Below, in pieces: positions 1 to 8,500 of a DNA stretch of 64,000 bases. The position numbers and the translations under genes were made by a program. The stretch covers positions 1 to 64,000 of the forward strand of contig CAMCXS010000026.1 in the NCBI GenBank assembly GCA_945883495.1. Reading direction: 5' to 3'. Origin of the DNA: Akkermansia muciniphila (lineage in GTDB: Bacteria > Verrucomicrobiota > Verrucomicrobiia > Verrucomicrobiales > DEV007). Position 1 is the stretch's first letter; the number at the start of each line of letters is the position of its first letter. Under the pieces are notes generated by a model, which was not told the DNA's origin, ran no database searches, and saw only the letters and a program-made list of their open reading frames with translations.

Positions 1-132
1 GGTTGTGCACGATACATGCCACTCTGTTACGTGAGAGGTGCACGGATTTTTGCGACGAAATGTGCAATTCCGTGCATTTGTGTGAGGCAATCATGCCAGC
101 ATCGATTGATAGCTAAAGGCTTTTCGCGTTAT

Positions 133-972
133 TCAGGAAGCTCTAAGTATGCGTCCGATTTCGGCATCGACCATCATCGTGAAATCGCCGTACATTCCGA
201 CAGTGCTTTGGTTAAGAAATAAGGGCTCGGGCAACCATGGCGTGTGCGGGCCCGTGAGAGCGCAATAGAGAAGAAACGGTTTATGACTGTCTTGATTTGC
301 CGCGGCTTGAGAGTTGAGGAATTGAATGGCTTCATTGGTCAGGGTGGGAAGCACCTCGGAGAGATTCATGTGAGGTGCGATGCCGCCAGCGCGCCAAAAT
401 GCGCCTTGGATTGGCGACCAACCCTCTGATTGGTTCGCTGCGATCTTTTCTGTTGGTGGTAAGACGGCGCGATCACCGCGAATGTAAAAGTAGGGAGGAA
501 TATCAGTGGACGCTCGCAAGCCGAAGAAAGTATCAAAACCGTGCGCAATGGGACCGCCTGACATGCGCTGATCGTAACCGTTTTCCTGAAAGCCGAGATG
601 CCATTTTCCCACCATTGCAGTGCGATACCCTTGTGACTTGAGCAATGAGGCGATGGTCATCTGACCTTCGGTGATGAGTGGTTGTTTCGTCCACTTTGAA
701 ACATCAGTGCGAAAGGGATAACGTCCAGTCATCAGCCCATAGCGCGACGCATGGCAGAACGGGCCTGGTGCATGGGCATCGGTAAAGCGAATGCCTTCTC
801 TGGCGATTCGGTCGATGTGTGGAGTCGATATTTTCGATTTTGAATTGTAGCAACTCGCATCGCCATAGCCCATATCATCCACCATTAGTATTAGAATATT
901 GGGCTTATGCGCAGCGAGTAACTTCAAAGACGAAATTACGAGCGTGAAAACTGCGATGAAGAGGATTTTCAT
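133..972 (-). CDS. sulfatase-family protein, N-terminal catalytic domain only (279 aa; probably truncated or degenerate)
   Basis: Signal peptide MKILFIAVFTLVISSLKLLAA. Alkaline-phosphatase-like sulfatase N-terminus (NILILMVDDMGYGD, GKWHLG). Active-site segment is C-H-A-S-R-YGLMTGR, with Ala where the canonical C-x-P-x-R has Pro. The ORF stops at 133 after only 279 aa; typical sulfatases are 450-550 aa. The remaining 132 nt to the window edge look non-coding. Confidence 0.55.
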   Translation of the reverse strand: MKILFIAVFTLVISSLKLLAAHKPNILILMVDDMGYGDASCYNSKSKISTPHIDRIAREGIRFTDAHAPGPFCHASRYGLMTGRYPFRTDVSKWTKQPLITEGQMTIASLLKSQGYRTAMVGKWHLGFQENGYDQRMSGGPIAHGFDTFFGLRASTDIPPYFYIRGDRAVLPPTEKIAANQSEGWSPIQGAFWRAGGIAPHMNLSEVLPTLTNEAIQFLNSQAAANQDSHKPFLLYCALTGPHTPWLPEPLFLNQSTVGMYGDFTMMVDAEIGRILRAS

Positions 973-984
973 TTTTCGTATCTT

Positions 985-1872
985 TCAAGCTAACTCAATT
1001 GCATGCCGCAAGGGGATGATCACTTCAAATTGCGGCATGAATTTCTGCGTGTCATGCTCACGGCGTCGCGCGATGATCTGTGTGGCTCCCGCTTGAAATT
1101 CCAGCAAGCATGATTGACTGCTACCCGTTTTGTAGGCGTGACTCATCGAGGCGACATTGATGTAGGTTGTATCTCTGACGCGCGCGATGTGCTTTTCGCT
1201 GTAAGGAGTGTGGTGTTCGTGCCCACTGAGCCAAAGTGCGATGTCCGATTTGGCCATAATCGCAGCAATGCGGTCAGCAGGGTGGAGGTAGCGCTGGGCA
1301 TTATCGGTGCGGAAGGTGGTGTCCTTTGCCCCTTGGTGAGAACAGACAATGATGTTCTTGCCCTTGTGCTTGGCGAGTTCGGCTTCGAGCCAGTCACAAC
1401 TTTTCGGCGTGAGTTCTCCCGGAACGCCTGCCTTTTCATCAGAGAGAAAGATCCAAACAAGATTGCCATCGACCACCGCGTACGGATCAGTGCTGCGAAT
1501 TGACTTGATGTATAAATCCGCATTGCCCCCATGATACTCATGATTACCCGCTACTTCATACCAAGTGCGGATGCCGCTGCCATCCCGTGTGGTGATGTAG
1601 TTCTTGAGTTGTTGTTCGTTGCCACCATGAGTGATGTCGCCCAGCGTCAGGGCATAGGCAATATCGGAATGTTCCTTTTGCATGTCCTTGCAGGCAAGGG
1701 AAAACCATTCGGCGCCATCCTTACCACCTTCCACAAGGCCGGAATGCAGATCAGACAGTATCCACACTTTGCGCAGCTTGCCAGCGGGCGAGAAGGATGA
1801 CTGTTGCGCTCCCAGTGTTCCTACTACAGCAGCACTGGCGGATAGTTGAATAAATTGTCGTCTATTTTTCAT
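985..1872 (-). CDS. Tat-secreted metallophosphoesterase (calcineurin-like phosphoesterase)
   Basis: Twin-arginine signal (RRQFIQLSASAAVVGTLGA). Metallophosphatase motifs VWILSDLHSG, LTLGDITHGG, VAGNHEY and LSGHEHH. Only 6 nt from the upstream gene and 12 nt from the downstream gene, so probably co-transcribed. Confidence 0.75.
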   Translation of the reverse strand: MKNRRQFIQLSASAAVVGTLGAQQSSFSPAGKLRKVWILSDLHSGLVEGGKDGAEWFSLACKDMQKEHSDIAYALTLGDITHGGNEQQLKNYITTRDGSGIRTWYEVAGNHEYHGGNADLYIKSIRSTDPYAVVDGNLVWIFLSDEKAGVPGELTPKSCDWLEAELAKHKGKNIIVCSHQGAKDTTFRTDNAQRYLHPADRIAAIMAKSDIALWLSGHEHHTPYSEKHIARVRDTTYINVASMSHAYKTGSSQSCLLEFQAGATQIIARRREHDTQKFMPQFEVIIPLRHAIELA

Positions 1873-1878
1873 GAAATA

Positions 1879-3189
1879 TTATTGTTTTTGTTCTTTTTGG
1901 GGGCGTTCAGGCCGAGATGTCTGCATCGACCGCTCACCACGGAGCAGGCGGGCGCCTTCGCCTGTTAGCCATAAATAATAATCACTGGGTAGTCCTTCGT
2001 AGGTGAGAAATCGGTTAGGGCCCACGGGCGGATTGTTTGTGCATTTGAAGATCGCAGTGCCTTCATCGACTTCATCGAACATGGCGACATAGATCATAGC
2101 GGCACCGGCTTTTTTTGCAGCGGCAAATTGAGTCCACAAAAATTCGCCTCTGAGTCGGGGGATTTTATCTAACGGATCTTGCGGCTTTAAATTGTGCCAA
2201 CTGAATCCGGGAAATACGACCGGTAGAAAATCGATTGAATGATCACTGCACCACTTTATATCATCAGGGTAGTATTTTTCCGCATGAGCACTCGCTTTCG
2301 CGGGAGTGGTGTAGCGCCCCGGTGTCCAAGGACCGATGATATCGGCGAGTTTTAATAATTCATGGAACGCAGGATCGTTCACGGCATCGCGGTTTTTCTC
2401 TCTCCAACCCGTGGGTACTCCGAGCATAACGGCGCAGCCATCGGCTTTGAAAAATTCGATAAGCGCTCGGCATTCCTTGAGTGTGTAATTTCGTCCATCA
2501 TTAAAACCAATACCCCATATCGCGATGAGAGGCTTTCCTTCATGATGCAAGTAAGCGGGATCCTTGCCCATGTGCATCTTGTCACGCAGCATTTTCCAAT
2601 CATCCGATACGCGAGTCGTATCGCCAGCTCGCAATCCGCTGAGATCATACATCAGGGCGTAGGCACGGCCATAGACATTCGCACCCTCGCGGCAGCTCGA
2701 AAGCACCACATCTTTATGATGTCGTGTGGATTCATTTCTTAGCCCATTGGCGAAGCGTTGCACAAAGGCCCCATCGATGCCGTAATCCGTCATCCACTGA
2801 AAATGCCGCAACACTGTTGCGCGATTGTAAGAACTAAATACGTATGCCATTTCACCATTCGCCAATTTGAAGCCGGTGGCATAGCGCTCCGCTGGCGTGG
2901 TCTCTGTCATGTCTGGCCATAGATCGACGGTGACATTTCCCGGGGCAAAGTGCTTCGCACGATCGCGCGCCCAGTGCGTCCAGCCAAGATCGGCACCATC
3001 GTCTCTGCAATTGAACCAGCCTTGGTAACCGGCCATTACTTTTCCTTTGAGAGTGCTGCAGTCCACACCCTTGTTACTCGTGCCTTGATAGGGGACTAGC
3101 GGATTTGGCATCGCCTCCGCATAAACGAATGCTGAAAGTACAATGCTAGCCAAAATCGTGATGGAAATTTTTCTCATGATGAGGTTCAA
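1879..3189 (-). CDS. secreted glycoside-hydrolase-like protein (TIM-barrel type; GH71/GH99-like is a guess)
   Basis: 436-aa ORF with an N-terminal signal peptide (ISITILASIVLSAFVYAEA). The motif GYQGWF and Asp/Glu/Trp-rich segments are typical of secreted glycosidases. The family assignment is from memory, not from a search. Confidence 0.55.
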   Translation of the reverse strand: MNLIMRKISITILASIVLSAFVYAEAMPNPLVPYQGTSNKGVDCSTLKGKVMAGYQGWFNCRDDGADLGWTHWARDRAKHFAPGNVTVDLWPDMTETTPAERYATGFKLANGEMAYVFSSYNRATVLRHFQWMTDYGIDGAFVQRFANGLRNESTRHHKDVVLSSCREGANVYGRAYALMYDLSGLRAGDTTRVSDDWKMLRDKMHMGKDPAYLHHEGKPLIAIWGIGFNDGRNYTLKECRALIEFFKADGCAVMLGVPTGWREKNRDAVNDPAFHELLKLADIIGPWTPGRYTTPAKASAHAEKYYPDDIKWCSDHSIDFLPVVFPGFSWHNLKPQDPLDKIPRLRGEFLWTQFAAAKKAGAAMIYVAMFDEVDEGTAIFKCTNNPPVGPNRFLTYEGLPSDYYLWLTGEGARLLRGERSMQTSRPERPQKEQKQ

Positions 3190-3367
3190 GGCGTGAATTT
3201 ACAGTTCTTTTCAATGCAAAAAATACCTATATCCCATCAGCCTGATGCAACAAGAAGAGAATGCGTCAGCACGCATGCTACTCATCCATCTTAAATGAAC
3301 CATGCTGTAACATTCCCAACCAAAATGCCTCTTGACAGAACATGTCGGTAATCATTTCCTGACTTCC

Positions 3368-5464
3368 ATGAAAGTTGCCGATACTTTACTAGCACTCGAT
3401 CCTGTAACTTGGATTGTTATCATTGTCATCCTCGTCGCCCTGGTTCCCATTGGATTAATGTTGATTCTCTGCATCCGCAAAATTCAGCCAGGCCGCGCGG
3501 GATTGAAAACCGGATGGGGTGGTTTGAAAGTATCATTCGACTGGATGGTCCGTGTGCCCTTGCTGCAGAGCTACCACGTCATGGACATTTCCGTGAAAAA
3601 ACTGGAGATCGCTCGTAAGGGACAAGATGGTCTGGTCTGTAAGGATAACATCCGCGCCGATATCACGGTGGCGTTCTACATCCGCGTCGATGCCACACCC
3701 GATAGTGTGCGAAAAGTAGCGCAGATGCTGACTCCTGAGCGGGTATCCGATATGGGCCAGCTTCGTGAACTCTTCGAGGCGAAATTTTCCGAAGCTCTTA
3801 AAACCGCTGGCAAACAAATGGAGTTCCACGAACTCTTCACCGAGCGTCTGCGTTTTCGAGATGAAATCCAAACCACCATCGGTAAGGACCTCGATGGCTT
3901 CCTGCTTCAGGATGTCGCCATCGACTACCTTGAACAAACCCCGCTCGAAAATCTTGATCCGAACAACGTTCTCGATTCCGAAGGTATCAAGAAGATCACC
4001 CAGATCACTCAACGCGAGCGCGTGGTGGCGAATGAGTTCACCCAGCGCGCGCAGGTGCAGGTCGAGAAGGAAAATGCCGATGCAGACATCGCCAAGCGCG
4101 AGCAAATCCGTCGCAACGAAGAAGACACCGCAAAACAAAACCGTGCCATCACTGAAATCCGCGCCAACGAAGAAGCGGAGTCGCGCAAAGTCATCGAGGC
4201 CCGCCGCAGCGAGGTGGAATCGAAGCGCCTCGAAACGGAGGAGGCCATCCACCTGCGCACGGAAGACATGAACCGCGCGGTGCAAGAGCGCGGCTACACC
4301 GTCCGCAAGGAGAAGGAGCGCCTCGAACAAGAAGCCATTCAGGAGGGCGAAGAAGCCCGCGTTCGTCGCGAGCGCACTGTCGCGCTGGCCACGATGGACA
4401 AGGAAGTCAAAGTCGCCGAAGCCGCTGTGGAGGTGGAGCGCAAGCGTGCCATTGTCGTCGCCGAGCAGAAGGCTGTAGTCCAACAAGAGGAAGAGAAGAC
4501 GAACATCGAAGCCCGCATGACCGCCGAGCGCGTGCGCGATGTCACATTGATCGAAGCGGAGATGCTTGCGAAAAAAGATCAGGTCGAAAAAGTCGTCGCA
4601 TCGGAAGCACAGAAGGAAGCCCAGAAAAACATCGCCGAAGCCGAGAAAATCAAACTCGTCACCGCTGCCGAAGCTGGTCGCGAAGCCGCCCTGCGCGATG
4701 CTGAGCGCATGCAAACGATGGCCGAAGCCGAGTCTCTCGCCAGCGATAAAAAACGCCACGCCATGGAGCAAGAAGCCGAAGGCATGGCAGCTCATGAAGC
4801 CGCCCCCGGACTTGCCGAGGCGAAAGTCATCGTCGCGAAGGCAAATGCCCGTCTCGCCGAAGCCGCAGCCGTCCGCGAAAACGAAGCGGCGATTGCTTCC
4901 GGCATCGAAGCCAAGGGCAGCGCTGAAGCGAAGTCCATCGAGGAAAAAGCCAAGGCAATGAAACTTCTCCACGATGCGGGCCAACAGCACGAAGAATTCC
5001 GCCTCCGCCTCAACAAAGATCGCGACGTCGAACTCGCTGCCATCCACGTCGAGCGCGATATTGCCGCCGCTCATTCCGGCCTCGTCGGCGAGGCGCTCAA
5101 GCACGCCAAGATCGACATCGTGGGTGGTGAGAATGATTTCTTCGAGAAAATTGTTCGCTCCGTCGGTCGTGGCAAATCAGTGGACCGCATGATGGCAAAC
5201 AGCACCACTCTTACCGATATCAAAAACACCTTCTTCGATGGCGGCTCGCCCGAGCAATTCAAGGCGCGCCTCTCGCAATGGGTGGACGATTTCGGCATCA
5301 AGAGTGAGGATTTGAAAAACCTCACCATCGCGGCACTGCTCACACGCATGATCGCCGGCAGCAAGGATAGCGCATTGCAAAACATTCTTCGCAGCGCGAT
5401 GGATACCGCTCGCGATGTTGGTCTCGCAGATGCAAAGGCATCGGATGTGTTGGATGTGAAATAA
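3368..5464 (+). CDS. flotillin / SPFH (band-7, YqiK-type) membrane-scaffold protein
   Basis: The track ORF 3332-5464 begins with TTG; the first ATG at 3368 gives MKVADTLLALDPVTWIVIIVILVALVPIGLM, an N-terminal TM helix. An SPFH core follows (RADITVAFYIRVD...), then about 350 aa of E/A/K/R-rich coiled coil (EA-repeat region) and a C-terminal flotillin tail. Confidence 0.85.
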   Translation: MKVADTLLALDPVTWIVIIVILVALVPIGLMLILCIRKIQPGRAGLKTGWGGLKVSFDWMVRVPLLQSYHVMDISVKKLEIARKGQDGLVCKDNIRADITVAFYIRVDATPDSVRKVAQMLTPERVSDMGQLRELFEAKFSEALKTAGKQMEFHELFTERLRFRDEIQTTIGKDLDGFLLQDVAIDYLEQTPLENLDPNNVLDSEGIKKITQITQRERVVANEFTQRAQVQVEKENADADIAKREQIRRNEEDTAKQNRAITEIRANEEAESRKVIEARRSEVESKRLETEEAIHLRTEDMNRAVQERGYTVRKEKERLEQEAIQEGEEARVRRERTVALATMDKEVKVAEAAVEVERKRAIVVAEQKAVVQQEEEKTNIEARMTAERVRDVTLIEAEMLAKKDQVEKVVASEAQKEAQKNIAEAEKIKLVTAAEAGREAALRDAERMQTMAEAESLASDKKRHAMEQEAEGMAAHEAAPGLAEAKVIVAKANARLAEAAAVRENEAAIASGIEAKGSAEAKSIEEKAKAMKLLHDAGQQHEEFRLRLNKDRDVELAAIHVERDIAAAHSGLVGEALKHAKIDIVGGENDFFEKIVRSVGRGKSVDRMMANSTTLTDIKNTFFDGGSPEQFKARLSQWVDDFGIKSEDLKNLTIAALLTRMIAGSKDSALQNILRSAMDTARDVGLADAKASDVLDVK

Positions 5465-5529
5465 GTTCGCCTTGCCGCGTGTCGGGTCGTCCCGTTGTCA
5501 CCGCTGGATTCCTGTGAATTCCCCGCTCC

Positions 5530-8500
5530 ATGTCCGAAGATCCTAACAAGCCAAGCACCACCGCTGCCGTTGCCGATGCCCCCAAAGCAGACGGTGCCGC
5601 AGAGGCTCTTGGCAGTGCGACGTATGAGATCATCCGCCAACGCCTAACGGTGCAGGGTGAGAGCCTTCACGAGCGCATGGCCAAGCTCGATGCCCGCCGC
5701 GCCGAGGTATTTGGTTCCATCGAATCAAAGCTGCTTCAAGCCGATCGCATCGTCACCCAGCACAATTGCACACCGCGCGACATGGTGCAGCTCGGTGATG
5801 ACCGATTTCTCTTCGCTTTCAACGTCCGCTTCGGGCTGAAAAAGGAAATGGAATTGGCGGATGTGTTCGCCGTCTATCGTCGCGATCCCGAGACTGGCTC
5901 GTTCCGCGAAGATTCGCTCGACGTCATCAACGACCCGCGTTTTGTCACCGATTTCAAACGACTCTACAACGTCTATGAACGCAGCTCGTTCCGCAAGTTC
6001 GCGGTGCGCGAAGGCAAGTTGTTCATGAAATTCGGCACCGGCGCGGCGTTGACGGACTTCGCCGCGTTCGTATGGGAATTCAATGATGGCAATTTAAAAT
6101 TCCTCGACGGTCGCGCGGAGGCAGAGTTCCGACGCATTGGTTATCCACCGGCTCATGAATTCCGCTGGCAGAAGCCGGATCGAGAATCGTATCGCTACGG
6201 CGATCACTCGCATATCTCCATTCAGGACCGCGTGTTTGTTGAGTGCGTGAACGGCGATTTCACCGTAAAGGTGGAAGACAACACCAAGGACGGCGAAGGC
6301 ATTTTCCGCGAGCCAGTCGATGATCGCCACCAGAAACTCGACGATGCGGAAATCGAGTACGCCATTGTCAATCAGCTCATCATTCTCAAGGTTCGTCCTT
6401 ATAAAGAGAAGGATTTTCGTTATTACATTTTCAACGAAAAACAGCACAGCGTTGTGCGTGCGGATTCCATCGGTGAGTCCTGTGTGTTGCTTCCCGAGAG
6501 TCACGGCTTGATGTTTCCCGATGGCTATTATCTAGCGACGGGGGAGTTAAAACAATTCGACTGCCGCATCCGCAGCATGCAGATCGAGCGAGTGATTCAG
6601 GCCCCGAATGGCGAGGATGTGCTCTATGTTTTCTACAATCGCAGCACCGGTGATTATGCATTGATGCCCTACCGCCTGATCCAGCAGCGCGTCGATGAAC
6701 GCATCACTTGCCATGGATTTTCGTTGTTCCCGAATGGTCACTTGTTGCTGTTCCGTGCCGATGCCGAGCCGCAAAAGCACCACATGATTCAGCTCCGGCA
6801 AACGCCGTACCATATGCCAGGATACGAGCCCGAGGGAAGGCGAGATGCATTTCTCTATCAGGTCGGCAATCGCGAAGTGGTGCGCTGTCTTGCCGAGTGC
6901 AATGAAGTACTCACGCTCATCCGCCGCGAGGAGCCTTATGCGGAGCTCTACACCGACCTTGTGCGCCGCTGCAGCGCCATTCTCGATTCCTACCCGTGGC
7001 TATCTCATGCCGATGGTTTCGCCATCGATGCCGCGCTGCGCGCCGTTGGCGAGGCCGCAGATCGTGCTGTGGATGAATTTGATCGCGTCACACGCATGCG
7101 CCGCGAGGCGGTGGAGCGCGTGGCAAAAGCTCGCAAGGAATGCGAACTGCGCATTCAAGAAATCCGCCGTGCAAATTTCGGTGCGCTCAATGATTACGTC
7201 GTGAATCTCGCCGCATTGCGCGGGCTGCGCGGCGAGCTGATTTCACTGCGCGAGGTGCGTTACGTGGTCGTTGCCGAAGTCGAGGCACTAGAGAAACAAG
7301 TCGTCGAGGAAGCAAAAACGCTATCCGAAAAATGCGTAGAGTTTTTACTCCGACCCGAATCTCTCGAACCCTATCGCAAGGCGGCTATGGCGCATCTTGC
7401 CGCCGTCGATGGCGTGCGCACGGTCGCCGAAGGAAAAAAAATCGAAGAAGCCGCCGGCAAAGAAGGCGGTGAATTGGAAATGCTCATCGAAGTCGTGAAC
7501 GGTCTTCGCATCGAGGATGCTACGCAGACGACGCGCATCATCGATGGCATCACCACCGTTTACTCTACGCTCAATCAAGTACGTGCCGCCCTGCGCAATC
7601 GCCTTTCTGATCTCGCATCCACCGAAGGTGCGGCGCAGTTCGCGGCGCAAATGAAATTGTTAGGCCAAGCGGCATCGAGTTATCTCGATCTCTGCAATAC
7701 GCCGGCGAAGTGCGATGAATACCTCAACCGACTCTCGGTGCAAATCGAAGAACTCGAAGGCCGCTTCGCAGGGTTCGATGAATTTACCGTCAGCCTCGCC
7801 GAGCGCCGCACCGAACTTTACGAAGCCTTCGAGCAACGCAAAGTCGCGCTGGTCGAAGAGCGCAACCGCCGCGCCAATTCGCTGTCCACTGCCTCCGAGC
7901 GCATTCTCAAGGTGATCGTCAATCGACTGGATGGCTTCAAGGTGCTTGATGAAATCAATGCCTATATGGCATCGGACATGATGGTCTCGCGCGTTCGTGA
8001 AACCGTTGCGCAGTTGTTAGAGTTAGGCGATGCCCCGCGAGCCGATGCCCTCGAGTCGAAGTTGAAAAGCGCCCAACAAGAAGCCGTGCGCCGACTCAAG
8101 GACAGGCAGGAACTTTTCGCCGATGGGGATAATATCATCCGCCTCGGCAAGCACAGCTTTAACGTCAGCACCCAGCCACTCGATCTAACAGTTGTGCTGC
8201 GCGAAGGCGTGCAACACGTTCACATCACCGGCACGCAGTACTTCGATCCGATTACTGATGAGGAGTTTGTCGCCACCCGCGATGTGTGGGATCAGGAGCT
8301 CGTTTCGGAAACGCGCGACGTCTATCGCGCAGAATACCTTGCGTGGCAAATGCTCAAGACTTGGAACGGCGAAGCACTGCCCACAGCGGAAGAAGAAACG
8401 TTAGAACGCGTCCAACAGTTCATGGGCGCGCGTTACGTCGAAGGCTACACGCGCGGCATTCACGATATCGATGGCGCAAAAATCCTCACCGCGCTCATCA

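Noticed and set aside
3285-3367. Sigma-70-type promoter (TTGACA at 3332) upstream of flotillin
   Set aside because: TTGACA is present, but no acceptable -10 element follows at a 16-18-nt spacing. PVC promoters are poorly defined, so no promoter is called.
3533-5104. 523-aa minus-strand ORF inside the flotillin gene
   Set aside because: Antisense to a well-supported SPFH gene. Its translation is F/L/G/D-rich low complexity with no recognisable fold. High GC suppresses stop codons on the opposite strand.
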